In this document: piece after piece, positions 25,088 through 37,791 of the stretch
Layout of the letters: each line of letters starts with the position of its first letter
Position numbering within the stretch: position 1 is the stretch's first letter
NCBI RefSeq assembly: GCF_000143415.4
Contig: NW_003314307.1
Coordinates: 1,158,952 to 1,222,951, forward strand
Origin: Selaginella moellendorffii
Lineage: Eukaryota > Plantae > Lycopodiophyta
Length of the DNA: 64,000 bases
Reading direction: 5' to 3'
Notes under the pieces: model-generated
What the model was told of the DNA's origin: nothing
The model's input: only the letters and a program-made list of their open reading frames with translations
Databases searched by the model: none
Translations under genes and position numbers: made by a program

Positions 25088-26830
25088 ATGCCAAGGATCG
25101 CGATACCGTGGACCGCCAGGATCCAGGCAATGATTCAAGCGGGGAGAATGGAGGAGGCCCGCTTCACCTTCCACCGAATGCCCAGCTGGGACGTGGTGAC
25201 GTGGAACATGATAATCTCCAGTCATGCCCAGAGTGGGGATGTGGCAGCGGCGAAGCGACTGTTCGATTCCATGCCCGAGCGTAGCTTTGTTTCGTGGAAC
25301 ACCATGGCCGCCGCGTACGTGCGCAACAGCGATCCCCACAGCACGAAAGGAATCTTCGATCGGATGCCTCTGTGGAACACGGTGGCCTGGAACACGCTTA
25401 TCACCGCATATTCCCAGGTAGGGCATTTCCAAACATGTTTACAGATCTTCTACTCTATGCCCCATTGGGATGTTTTCTCTTGTAATTACGTCATCACCGC
25501 TCTATCAAATCTTGAGAACCTTAGTGCCGCGATATCGCTCTTTGATTCCATGCCCCTCAGGAACGTATACACGTGGAATCTTATGCTTGCGGCATATGCC
25601 CAAACGAGGCAAATTGTTTGTGCGTGTCTTTTCTTCTCGAAGATGCCAGAGCCCAATGTGGTGTCGTGGAACGAGATACTTGGAATGTACACCGAGTCCC
25701 AAAAGCTTACAGAGGCACGCATGGTGTTCGATTCCATTCCACGCCCAGATGCCGTGTCGTGGACAATCCTGTCCAGGGCATATTCCCTGTCCGGGCATCT
25801 TGATGGTGCGACAGAGGTGTTTGCAAAGATGCCGCGTCACGATTCCGGAGCTTGCACGGGCATCATTGGCGCATTCTTGCAGTACGGCATATACGGCAAA
25901 GCCCATGGCATCTTCTCCGAGATGCCACACCGCAGCATCACGTCCTGGAATGCCGTTTTAGTGGCGGCATGCTCGGGTTATGGAGATTCCAGGGCAGTTT
26001 TTACCAGGATGCCAATGTGGAATCTGTCAAGCAAGACCGCAATGCTCCAGGCGCTTGCCCAGAGCGGCTGCTTGGACGAGGCCGAGGAGACTTTCCATTC
26101 CATGGCTTCTTCCACCGTGAATGTGGATATGGTGTGCTGGACTTCAATGATAATCGCCTATTCCATCCATGGTTCCATTGATAGGGCGAGAGACATCTTC
26201 GATCTAATGCCAAGGCGCGATTGCGTGTGCTGGAACGTAATGGTTGGAGCATATGCCCAAAACGGGTATCTCGCCCTCGCTCAAGAAGCCCTGGAGAAGA
26301 TGCCCGAGAGGGAGGCAATGTCGTGGACGGCGACGATTGCCGCACACGCGCAGAGGGGCTACGTGGCAGAATCTCGTCGGCTGTTCGATCTGGCTGTCCA
26401 GAAGGGAGGTGGAGACGATGCAGTGCTGTGGACGGCCCTGATTGCGTCCTACGCTCTCAACGGCTGTGCCAGGGCGACCGTCGATACGCTCAGGGCAATG
26501 CTCCACCACGGCATCCCAGCCGACCACGTGGTCTTCAACAGCCTTCTCTTTAGCTGCGGCCATAGCGGGCTGGTAGCATTGGCGCGGGAGAGCTTTGTGT
26601 CCATGAGACACGAGCACTCACTGGAGGCAGGGCTCGATCACTACACGCGAATGCTGGGGATTCTCGCGCGCGCTGGGCAAATCGAAGAAGCACTAGATCT
26701 CCTCCAAGCAATGCCCTACCGCCCAAACGATGTAACGTGGACTACATTCTTGAGCGCGTGTGGGGCGGGTCAGTTGGATCCAGCGAGCTCCATTCACTAT
26801 GTGTTGCTTACCAATAGCATTGCGCCCTAA
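25088..26830 (+). CDS. Pentatricopeptide repeat protein, PLS class with short E-type end
   Basis: Intronless ~580-aa ORF of PPR repeats; SCGHSG, HYTRMLGILARAG, MPYRPNDVTWTTFLSAC and HYVLLTN. First ATG at 25088. Confidence 0.92.
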   Translation: MPRIAIPWTARIQAMIQAGRMEEARFTFHRMPSWDVVTWNMIISSHAQSGDVAAAKRLFDSMPERSFVSWNTMAAAYVRNSDPHSTKGIFDRMPLWNTVAWNTLITAYSQVGHFQTCLQIFYSMPHWDVFSCNYVITALSNLENLSAAISLFDSMPLRNVYTWNLMLAAYAQTRQIVCACLFFSKMPEPNVVSWNEILGMYTESQKLTEARMVFDSIPRPDAVSWTILSRAYSLSGHLDGATEVFAKMPRHDSGACTGIIGAFLQYGIYGKAHGIFSEMPHRSITSWNAVLVAACSGYGDSRAVFTRMPMWNLSSKTAMLQALAQSGCLDEAEETFHSMASSTVNVDMVCWTSMIIAYSIHGSIDRARDIFDLMPRRDCVCWNVMVGAYAQNGYLALAQEALEKMPEREAMSWTATIAAHAQRGYVAESRRLFDLAVQKGGGDDAVLWTALIASYALNGCARATVDTLRAMLHHGIPADHVVFNSLLFSCGHSGLVALARESFVSMRHEHSLEAGLDHYTRMLGILARAGQIEEALDLLQAMPYRPNDVTWTTFLSACGAGQLDPASSIHYVLLTNSIAP

Positions 26831-28925
26831 ATGATATGTGGCGGTCAAGTTCTCATGAAACCTATGAACTCACTTATGGTGGTACGTGATTGATTTCAAG
26901 GTGGTCAAATTTTGTGTAGATCAGAGTAAGAAGGAAGGCAGGCATTATACCTCATCATTAGTTTTTGTGAAGTATGGTCCAAGATATAAGACTCAAGCAC
27001 TTTTGACTCGTACTAAACAAAAGCTGTGTCGTGAAAAACTATATATTTCATTTTATGTCACAGCAAGGGAGTGCATATGATTGGTCTTCTGTCCAACTGT
27101 AATGCCATCAAATAGTATTCAACAGCTTTTTAGGAACCCTAAAGGAATATATAACTTATGTTAGAAATTAGTTTTTTTGTCAGAAAAAAAAAGGTTAAAT
27201 AGAAATCTGGTTAAGGGTTTTTTTGCACAAAGTGTTGGGTTTACTTGTCTCCCAACATGTTATGCAATTTTTTCAAAAACCACTGACATTTCTTTTCTGA
27301 TCTTTGTGACCACATTTGGAAATTACGATACTGACTATTTATTGTGTGCTTTATTTAAGAAAGACATTCTAGAGTTTCTTTTGGAACAAAATGGGGGATA
27401 TGGGATTGGAAGTATGTTGTAGTGTCCTTTAGCAATGCTAATATCTGCACAGGATATATTTAAATATTTAATTTTATCATTTTAAAATATTATAGAATTA
27501 TAATTTTATATTACTTCATTTTTCTTGATCTATATTACCAAAATATTAAAATCTTATTGTTATTTCCACTTTGCAAGGAATTCAAAAAATATGGATATTG
27601 TAGTATTCTTTATTCTTTTAATCTTTTTCTTGATTTTTTATATTTCTCTCTCAATAGAATGTAATATTAACATTTTAAATAAGTTTGTAAGAACAAAAAT
27701 AATTATAATTTACAGTGCTATCTCAAAAAATGAGTGTATCCAACAAACTAGTTAAAGCTCAAAAGTGCATCTTAACTGAACCAAACTCCCTATCTAAAGT
27801 TTTTTTAAAAAGATTATTTAACATTATTATATTTATACTTTTGATGATTTTCATGGAAAACCATATTTCAATTATTTTATTTAATAGAAATGAATCAAAT
27901 AAATATCAATCATTTGTTAAAAAAATAAAATTTTATATGATGAGTTTAAAAATGAAGAAGATACTATAGATTTAGGTTTTTTAAATTTAAGTGTATAACA
28001 ACATGATTATAGTTTATTTTGCTAGTACTATAATTCACATATTAAAGAGGATAGACCAATAGTTTTTCAAATTTAATATAGTTAATGTTTCTTAAACTAT
28101 TACATAGTTTACTTGTGTCTATTGAGCTTAAACTTTATTATTATTAAATTATATTGATGTTTTTAACATTAATTATAGATTAAATATTTTATGTTATACT
28201 TTCTAACTTTGACCACTAAAATTATTACATCCATCATAATGTTCTTTAAATTTTAAAACTTTTTGGTTGTTAGTTTTATATATAAAATTTTCTTCTATTT
28301 TCTTACATGTTGAGCAATTAGGATTATAATCTTTTTCATTGCCATGCTCCATTGAACTTGAAAGTCATGGGATATGAAACTTCTAGAATGGATTTCTTAT
28401 TGTTATCTCTATAATAATCACTTAGTAAGAAAATCTGAAAACTAAACCTTCTCACACCACTCCACTATCAGGGATAGGAGGTTTTGTAGGTTACTATTTA
28501 TAAGTACCTCAGTTATCACCTCCACCTTCAGCAAATATAAACCACTCAACATGATGCTGCAATTGAGCGGATATACTCCTGCCAAGCAACCATTTACTGG
28601 TGGGATGTGCAAAAAGAGCACTATCAAGCTAGGGTCAACACCACACTGCTATATGGTTGTGCCGTATGGGTGCCCAGCCAATCATTGACAAGCTAGTCCC
28701 ACCTAGAAGGGGCCTTCATCACCAACAATTTTAGGATCAAAAGGAGAGCACCTTATAGCTTGCTATGCATGCATATGGAACAACTTTCAATTGAAATCCA
28801 GGCATAGACGTGCACTATATAGTTCATACTTGCCACTTAGAGAGACATATTTAACCCTTATGTGATCAAAGCATAGATAATTTACTATAACCACACTTTT
28901 TTGGAGGAGTCTCAATCACAACTTT

Positions 28926-29002
28926 GTAAGTGACTAAATTTTCCATTCTACTTTAGTCACTTAACCACACTTTTAACCACTTGGAAGAATCTCACTCAAA
29001 AC
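28926..29002 (+). repeat. Dispersed repeat segment, second copy at ~61076-61152
   Basis: TGTAAGTGAyTAAATTTTCCATTCTACTTTArTCACTTAAC... occurs at both positions. Confidence 0.75.
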
Positions 29003-29105
29003 TTTTATATATTCAATTTTGGATTTAGGGACTTACTAATGTCGCAAATATGACTTCGGGTATCGAAAGATATTTGTCGGTCAGTCCTTACGAATACTCT
29101 CTCTT

Positions 29106-29920
29106 TACTACCACGACGGCAAGAGGTCGGTACTACTAATTCCCTTTACTAGTGCCCAAGAAATTGGTCAGCACATGTGCACTTAGACCAGAAGGGCAAT
29201 AAAGAAGGAAATCCTGACATAGTGATGAGAAACTCATAATGTTAGCTTGTATTTGCTAGTGTTGGAAACCCCCACGATATTGAGACTAGTCACTCAATAT
29301 TCGCTAAATGATAGCTTACCGTGTCTGCCAAACACCCTCACTATCATGCCCTTTGTGTTAGTCTTATTTCTGTCCTAAATACTATTTATGGAAAGTGTCT
29401 AGATTCACTCATTTGGCATATCTATGGAATGTAGAGATTGGCCTGAACACAATAATGTTCGTCCTATGTCCAAATTCGCAATCTAAGGACATTCCATATT
29501 TAGTAAGTTTCAAGTTTGTTCTAGAGACTAACTCCTAGTACTAAGGGAGGCTTGGGGTGAAAACCCAAAGTGTGTGTTCCTCAAGGGGGGGTGGGGGGGG
29601 GGGGGGGGGGGGTTCCCAAAGTATAAAAAAGAAAATGGTTGGGAAAGCATTTCTTACCCCCCGAAAAATTAATTTGGCTCCCCTTGGGCTGGGGCCCCCC
29701 CTGTTCCGGGTTTGGGTTGGGGCTAAACCCAAACTCTATGCTGGTTTAATCGGGGGGGGACCCCCCCCTTCCCATTAGGCCCCCCGTATGCCAAAAATGT
29801 GCTAAAATCCCTTTGAAACCCTTTTTCATGTAAAATCTGGAAATGGGGAGCTAGTGCTCCTGGGAATGTACTGGACTTTCCTTTTTTAGGGGAAAGGGCT
29901 TGGAGTTTGGCTCCCAAATT
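29106..29920 (+). repeat. 5' LTR; the last ~350 bp are low-quality sequence before the gap
   Basis: Aligns with 35496 onward (e.g. GGTCAGCACATGTGCACTTAGAC, CCCCACGATATTGAGACTAGTCA). Confidence 0.8.
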
Positions 29921-30020
29921 NNNNNNNNNNNNNNNNNNNNNNNNNNNNNNNNNNNNNNNNNNNNNNNNNNNNNNNNNNNNNNNNNNNNNNNNNNNNNNNN
30001 NNNNNNNNNNNNNNNNNNNN
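29921..30020. other. Assembly gap (100 N)
   Basis: Run of N bases. Confidence 1.
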
Positions 30021-30187
30021 ACGATTTCTATCCAACTTTTGTCAGACTTTCTAACTCAAGTTGCATACGCAGAGATTTTTCTAGTAGATCCAAAGCAACC
30101 TGTGTAGGATTAGTTGAATTGCACCATTCAGTAAGAATGTTGTATACATGTTCAGTTATTGATAGAGGCATTAATGTAGCTAGCGAG

Positions 30188-33100
30188 ATGGTGAAACGGA
30201 ACCGTGCTGATGATGCTGAAACCTCTAGACGGGTGAATTGAGAAGAGGAAACTCTTGCTAGAGATGCTACAAAAGAGGTAGAGGCTATGTCAAAAGAGGA
30301 AGAACCAAATGCTACGGCATTGCAGTGTACGGCTCAGAAAGTCGAGATCGATAATTTGCGAAGGGAGATTCACAAATTGAAGAAGGAGAACAAAAAAAGG
30401 AAGAAAGAAGCTAAGGTAGCTAAACTAGCTAAGCCTAAGCAACTAGACTCTTCTTCAAGTTTTGAGGACAATGAAGTTCTACAGCTGCCCCCGGTTGCAC
30501 AAGTTTCAAAGTTCAAGCCTCTGAAACCACCCAATTTCAGAGGCATGTGGGACTATCAGGTTTTGGAAGACTGGGTCTACGATATGGAAAATTATTTTAT
30601 AGCGGCAAACGTAGATGATCGTGCGAAAGTTGCGTGTGTGCAATTCTTTCTCACTGATCATGCCAAAACTTGGTGGCACCAGGTGTGTGCTGAAAAAGGG
30701 CAAACTAGAAGTTGGACCAAGATGCGGTCTCGTATCCGTAAGGAATACTTGCCGGATGATTTTGGTTTGAGACTTCACATGGAGCTGCAGCGGTTAAAGT
30801 AGCAAGGGGACCTCATACATTACGTTAATGAGTTTGCTCAGAAGTGCATTATGATTGCAAATATGAGTGACAAAGATGCTCGGAGTTATTTTCTAGAGGG
30901 TTTAAATTCACTTTCTCGCAATGAGATTTTAAAGTTTAAGCTAAAGATGTACCTGGAGTGTATGGAGGCAGCATAGCAAGTTGCCTTTAGCCACTTGCTC
31001 ATGGAACAATATCAACAACTGTATGCTGGTACCTCGGACAAGAATAAGAATTCTGGGAACAAACAAGGTGATCAGAAATAAAGGGTGGAAGGCAGGTTCC
31101 GACCTGAAAGCTCACAAGCAACGGTTAGCAAAGGTGGTGGTGGTTGGATACCACTAGCAGCTTCTTCTGGTCCTAGGCCTTTTGTTCCTCCTCTTGGTGG
31201 GTACAAGCAACAACAATTTGCAAAACCTGCTCCTAGCGGAACAAGTAGTGTGTGTCATTGCTTCCATTGTGGAGAGTCAGGACATAGGTCCTCGGAATGT
31301 CCCAACAAGCATAAGACAAGGTCTCGTGTTAATGTCATGAGGGAAGATGGTGGTGGTGAAGTTGAAGGGGTTGACGAGTTGGTCAATGTAGACTATGAGG
31401 AAGAGGAGGTGAGTTACTTTCATTGCTTTCCTCAAGCTTTTCTCGTAGTCAATGCAAACATTAATCTGTTGATGTATCTGGTAGGCTTTGTCCATGAACA
31501 CTGAATCCAAGTGATGATTGACACGGGAGCTGCGCACAATGTGATATCTAAGGACTTAATTAAGTTGTTAGGATTGAATGCTGAGCAAATGTTACCTATG
31601 CACTTCTGGTTTGCCAAAGGTGGGCAAGTAGCTAGAAAGTTTGTGAGTGATGTTCCAATAAAAATATCCAAGTGGAAAGAAAGAGTGGACTTTGTAGTGT
31701 TGAAGATATTAGATTTTCAGATAGTGTTTGGTATAGATTTCTTCAATAAATATATAAAAAGGGATTTATGGTGCTAAACAAAGTTGCATCACATTGAAGT
31801 CAGAAGGATGTTTTGATGTGTCCTTCCAGTTGCAAAAGTGCTTCTCAAAGGATTGGGATGCTAAGTTCCTAATTGCAAGACCCGCTCAAAAAGCAGCTAA
31901 GAAGGGATGTCAGACCTTTTGGGTTCAAGTGATGGAAGCTGAAAGTGTGGGTGACTCAGTTTAGATTGGTGATGGGGTTGATCCTGTACCAAAGAAGATA
32001 TTGGAGTTGTTAGAGCAGAATCATGATATCTTTATGAAGGATTTGTTGCCAAGGCTACCTCCTAGTTGTGAAGTTGATCATCGGATTGAGGTTATTCTTG
32101 GTTTTGAACCATTTACAAAAACTCCATATCAATTAAACATTAAGGAGATGGCTGAACTCAAGAAGCAACTCACGGAGCTTCTTGACAAAGGTCATATCCG
32201 ACCAAGCAAATCACCTTATGAAGCACCGGTCCTTTTTGTTATAAAAAAGGATGGAACCATGAGGATGTGTATTGACTATTGGGCACTTAACAAGATGATG
32301 GTTAAAAATAGTTATCCTTTGCCTCACATTGATGACTTGTTTGACTAACTCTTAAAAGCTAAGTATTTTACATGACTTGATTTATGGTCCAGGTATCATC
32401 AGATATGGGTGGCAGATCAGGATGTGGAGAAGACAGTCTTTAAGACTTAGTGCGGATCTTATAAATTCCTTGTCATGCCGTTCGGGTTATGCAATGCTCC
32501 GGCAATGTTCAACACTATGATGGATAGAATATTTAGAGATCATTTGGACACATTTGTTGTTCTATACATTGACAATATTCTAGTCTTTAGCGAAATGTTG
32601 GAGGATCATTTGAAACACTTAGAGCTAGTGTTTCAGAAGTTGCATAAACACAAACTGTATGCTAAAGAAAATAAATGTGCTTTTGGAAAATTGCACATAA
32701 ACTTTCTCTGACATATAATTGGTGGTGGTGTAATTGAGGTAGATCCAAAAAAGGTGGAAGCAATGAAGTCTTGGGAAGTCCCGACCATTGTATTAGATGT
32801 TCGTTCTTTTCTTGGTTTGGCGGGATACTATTTCAAGTTTGTCCACAATTTTGCAAGAATTGCTCCTCCATTGACTGAGTTGATGAAGAGTAGTATTCCA
32901 TTTCATTAAACATTGGCTTGTCAGCGTGCTTTTGTACGGTTGAAGGAGATCTTGACTACGGTTCTTATTCTCAAGGTCCCAGATCTTAATAAGCCCTTCG
33001 AAGTGCATTGTGATGCATCTGGCTATTCTATTGGTGCCATGTTACAGCGAGATTGTTACAAAGCGGTTGGTGTTATGCTAAGGCGACATGGTTGTTCCAT

Positions 33101-34884
33101 TGCATTCTATTCCAAGAAATTGGATGAAACTCAATGAAAATGGCCAATGCATGAGAAAGAGATGTTTGCTATAGTGTCGGCCCTGAAACACTAGAGACAC
33201 TACTTGGATGGACACACCAAGGTTTATATAGATAGTAAGACATTGAGTTACTTTGCTACGCAGCCTAAGCTTACGTCGAAGCAGGCCCGTTGGCAAGAGA
33301 AACTTGTTAGATATGATATTGAAATCATATATCAACTTGGTAAAGACAATATTGTTCCGGATGCATTGAGTCGTCAAGCTTAGTTTCAGGCAATATCAGC
33401 AATGAGTTCGGACTGGTTGGAAGACGTTTGGGCTTCGCATGGAAGTGATCCATTGGCAAAGACAATCTTATGCTATGTGGGGTTATCAAAGCAGAACCCT
33501 GGTAGCGAAGTAGCAAAAGTTGCTAGTCGCACCAATGCGAAGCTTCACTTCTTAGTTCGGGATGGGCTTATATTCTATAAGCAAGAAAGATTGTACCTTC
33601 CTTCTAAGGATTTGCAGCTGTTGTTTCTGCAAGAACATCATGATGTTTCAGTAGTGGGACATGGTGGAAAGCAAAAGACCCTAGCTTCATTGAAAAAGGG
33701 ATTTTTTCTGGTCTAGTATGGAAGGTGATGTAGCAGACTATGTCCATTCTTGCCCTATATGCCAGCAATATAGGTGCAGAATTGAGAAGTAGGCTAGAAA
33801 GTTGTAGTGCACTTCAGCACCGGCATGGCCATTTCAAAGTGTGACACTTGATTTTGTCACTTGTTTGCCGAAATCTAATGGTTATGATAATTTGATAGTG
33901 GTTGTGGATCGTTTGTCGAATATTGCACACTTCATTCCAACTGTGGAAACAGTAAATGTGAAGTAAGCAGCAAAACTCTTTTTCCATGAAGTAGTGCGGG
34001 TTCGTGGTCTTCCCGAAGAAATGATCTCGGATAGAGATTCGAGATTTACAGGGAAGTTTTGGGGCACACTGTTCCAGCTGTTTAGTACCAAGTTGAAGTT
34101 TAGTACGGCTTATCATCCTCAAACTGATAGGCAGACCAAATGTGTGAATGCTCAAGTTAAGGATTATCTGCGGTACTATGTCATAGTGGACCAACAAAAC
34201 TGGGTTGAGCATTTAGACACAACAGTTATAACAACACATTTCACAGCACTATTGGTTGTTCTCCATGAGAGATGTTGCAAGGGAATGCTCGTGGGGTCCC
34301 TTAGTAGATTGTTGTACCAAAACCAATGTCCGAAGTGTTGGTCCCAACCATTGAGACTTATGCGGAGTAGCTACGCCAAGGTTGGTCTAGGGCTACTGAT
34401 GCGATGGGCAAAGCTCAGGATAAGTATTGATGTGATAAGGATCAGCATTGTCGAGATGTATCCTATCAAGTGGGGGATTAAGTATGGCTATCTTCCCGAA
34501 ACTTGAATATTAAGGGATCTTTGTCTCGGAAGTTGTTACTGAGATATATTAGACCCTATTAGGTGTTGAAACGACTTGATGATGTATTCTATCAGTTGGA
34601 TATTCCACAAAAGATGTCTAGACTTCATAATGTGTTTCATGTCAGTTTACTAGCCCCATATCATGAGGATCCTGGCCACTCTAGGGATGTTCATCCAACT
34701 TCGGATGTTATTGATGGTGAACCGGAGTATGAGGTCATCTTGTAAGGCATGTGGTGGTCAAACCAAAGAATATTTAGTTAAGTGGAAAGGTTACCCATCT
34801 TGTGAATCAACTTGGGAGCTTCTTAGGAATTTTACATATGCTTGTGTGTTTGTCATGGAGTATGAGAATGATAATAAAGATTAG
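30188..34884 (+). pseudogene. Gypsy gag-pol (gag, zinc knuckle, protease, RT, RNase H, integrase, chromodomain) with many stops and frameshifts
   Basis: CFHCGESGHRSSEC; MIDTGAAHN; MPFGLCNAPA and YIDNILVFS; HCDASGYSIGA; ISDRDSRFT and AYHPQTD; EYLVKWKGYPSCESTWE. Confidence 0.93.
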
Positions 34885-35495
34885 CTTTTGTAAATCTTGT
34901 AATAAATCTTAAAAATTAAGAAAGTAATATATTTCTATAAATCAAAGTGTCATTTCTCTCATTTGTTAATACTTGGGTCAGTTTTGGTAGACTGACTTTG
35001 GCACTTTGGTGTATGGGTCTAATCCATAACCATGGGGATAACTATTATAGATTGATCACAGGTCCTTACCTTTCTCTCGATGACTCATTTTTGAAAAGGG
35101 ACGTGGTCGTGTAAACAACTTAATCTGCCAGTTTATAATAGTTGTCTAAATCTTCTCGACATGGTTGATTTCTTGCTCAGAGGAAGTTGGGCCCCTAGCC
35201 TTCTTCCCTATGTCCCTACGGGCAGGGATGTATCATTCCTTTGTCAGCCAAGTGGTACTCGGAGCAGCAAGGGTGGCTAACTCTATTAGTCATTTCCTTG
35301 TCAGCGACGGCCGGAGGGTGTCTGAGTCTTAATGTTTTGGATGTAGAGGAGAAGTCATTCCATAACTCATTTAAGTCAGTGTGTTTCCCACATAGTGTGC
35401 TTTCCATTAACTTTCGGAGTTGTTGTTTCCTTGATGGTTTGCTAGACTCGGGTATGCATCAATGAGGACGTCGATCTTCCCCAAGGCGGGGAGAG

Positions 35496-36605
35496 TGTTG
35501 CCACAATGGCAGGATGTCAGTACTATTAGTTCCCTTTATGGTCTCTGCCCAAGCTAGTTGAGAAACTGGTCAGCACATGTGCACTTAGACTGGAAGGGCA
35601 CTAAGGAAGGAAATCCTAAGTTGTCATTAAGTCAAGCATACTTGACAAGGTGATAAGAAACTTATAATGTTAGCTTGCACTTGCTAGTGTTGGGAACCCC
35701 CACGATATTGAGACTAGTCATTCAATATTCGCTGCATAATAGTTTACCGTGTTTGCCAAACACCCTCGCTATCATCATGCCCTTTGTGTTAGTCTCATTT
35801 CGGTCCTAAATACTATTTATGAAAAGTGTCTAGATTTGCTCATTTGGCATATTTATAGAATGTAGAGATCGGCCTGAACACAATAGTGTTCATCCCATGT
35901 CCAAATTTGCAATCTAGGGATATTCTATATTTATTAAGTTTCAAGCTTGTTCTAGAGACTAACTCCTAGTACTAAGGGAGGCTTGGGTGAAAGCCCAAAA
36001 CATGTGTTCCTTAGCACGGGGGGTTGTGGGGGGTTCTAAATATATAGTAGGGATAGTGTGGTTGGAATGTATGTCCAACCACCAGAGACATTAGTTTGGC
36101 TCCCGTTGGGCTATGTTGCTCCTTGTTCTGTGTTCGGCTTGGGTCTAAACCCAAGCTCCATGCTGCTTTAGTCGGTGGGGTACCCTCCTCCTCGCGTTAG
36201 GCCACCGGTATGCCAAAATTGTGCTAGACTCCGTCTAACATCATTTTGCATGTAGGTGCTGGATACGGGGAGCTAGTGCTCATGGGATTGTACCGGACCC
36301 TTGTTTTGTAGTGTGGGGGTTTCCAAATGTATAGTAGGGATAGTGTGGTTGGAATGCATGTCCAACCACCTGAGACATTAGTTTGGCTCCCGTTGGGCTG
36401 TGTCGCTCCTTGTTCTGTGTCCGGCTTGGGTCTAAACCCAAGTTCCATGCTACTCTAGTCGGTGGGGTACCCTCCTCCTGGTGTTAGGCCACCAGTCTGC
36501 CAAAATTGTGCCAAACTCTGTTTGACACCATTTTGTGTGTAGGTGTTGGATACGGGGAGCTAGTGCTCATGGGATTGTACCAGACCCTTGTTTCGTAGTG
36601 TAACG
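35496..36605 (+). repeat. 3' LTR containing a ~290-bp tandem duplication (~36026-36312 and ~36313-36600); right end uncertain
   Basis: Starts TG immediately after the PPT. TAGTAGGGATAGTGTGGTTGGAATG...GACCCTTGTTT occurs twice in tandem. Confidence 0.75.
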
Positions 36606-36635
36606 GGCTTGAATAGAGCCAGAAGTGGGCCAAGC

Positions 36636-37535
36636 CCTAGAATGGAGCCAAAAGTGGGCCAAATAGCAGTAGCCGAAACAAAAGTTCAACAAGCGTAACA
36701 CCTTTGGACCAAAAGCTCCAACTTAAAAAGTCAAGAGTAGGAGTTAAACTTTTAAAGAAGTGCTCAAGGAATGAGTACAAACAAAGTAATAAATGAGTCT
36801 TTACAAAGGGACAAAAGAATTACTAACATATGGCAAGTGTTTTGACACACAGAAGTGTCGAGATCGGGCTTGACATGGAGTCCAAGATGGATTCCAAGAT
36901 GGAGTCCAAGAAGGAGTCTGAGATGAATTCTGAGATGGAGTTCAAGCTAGAGTTTAAGATGGAGTGTAAAATTAAAATCGAGTCTGAGATCAAGATTGAG
37001 ACCATAACCAAAACCGAGATTGAGACCGAGACAAAGACTAGGTCCTAGTCCAAGTTCGAGTATGAGTCCAAGTCCGAGTCCAAATCTGGGTCTAAGTTCA
37101 AATTTAAGACTAAATCCAAATACTAGTATAGGTCATGTGGTGAAAGCCCAAAGTGATCTTCTCCTAGAGGGGGAGTTCCAAAAGTATAATAGTGAGAGTG
37201 TGGGGGTGGTTGGACTCTAGTGAAACTAGTTTAGCTAAGAAAGGCAGTGTGATATAGGAAAATTATATTCATATGGTGGATGATGATATAACCACTAAGG
37301 AGTCCAAAGTTAGGGGTGAACACGGATGGAAAAGTAGCGTGACTTAGTGAAGTATTTAAAAGTTGGCTCTAACTCTTTCAAGAGATTGAATGATCGATAG
37401 TCCCAATCCAAGTGTGGGTAGCTCTACCTACTTGGATACCTGGCATGGCTTATTAAAACTTTACTCTAGCCATATGGCTAAGGTACCCAGAGGTGGAAGG
37501 TTAAGGGAGTACTCACAAGGTGTGAGACACAAATC
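36636..37535 (+). repeat. ~0.9-kb LTR-related repeat unit with an internal 12-bp/6-bp minisatellite (copy 1)
   Basis: GAGTCCAAGATG-type array at ~36876-37120. The unit restarts at ~37536 and recurs inverted at ~61870-62648. Confidence 0.8.
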
Positions 37536-37791
37536 CTAGAGCCCCAAAAGTGGAGCCGAAAAAGTGCTATGTAGTAATGGTCGAAGCAAAAGCCAATTAA
37601 GAGTAACATATTTGGACTAAAAAGTTTTGACTCGAAAAGTTGAGAGCGGGAGTGGAACTCCTAATGAAGGGCTCAACGAATGAGCATAAAGCGAGCAATA
37701 GATGAGTCTTTAAAAAAGGGACACAAGAGGACCAACACATGACACATGGAAGTGTCTGAGATGGAGTTCGAGATGGACCCGAAATGGAGTC
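37536..37791 (+). repeat. Left part of copy 2 of the ~0.9-kb repeat, split by the TIR transposon
   Basis: Homologous to ~36636-36890; the minisatellite is broken at AGTC and resumes at 51363. Confidence 0.8.

Larger units (their letters stand above)
29106..36605 (+). mobile_element. Decayed Ty3/Gypsy chromovirus LTR retrotransposon (spans the assembly gap)
   Basis: Homologous LTR-like blocks at 29106-29920 and 35496-~36605 flank a gag-pol region. Polypurine tract AAGGCGGGGAGAG (35483-35495) lies directly before TGTTG. Confidence 0.85.

Noticed and set aside
29540-29920. Poly-G/poly-C runs and Gly/Pro-rich ORFs (possible G-quadruplex)
   Set aside because: This is a homopolymer-inflated version of the LTR at ~35960-36300 directly beside the N gap, most likely a low-quality read end.
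36823-37220. Repetitive ORFs such as MESKMDSKMESK and SPSPSP (also at 51317-51652 and 62238-62528)
   Set aside because: They are translations of the 12-bp/6-bp minisatellite, with no evidence of coding function.
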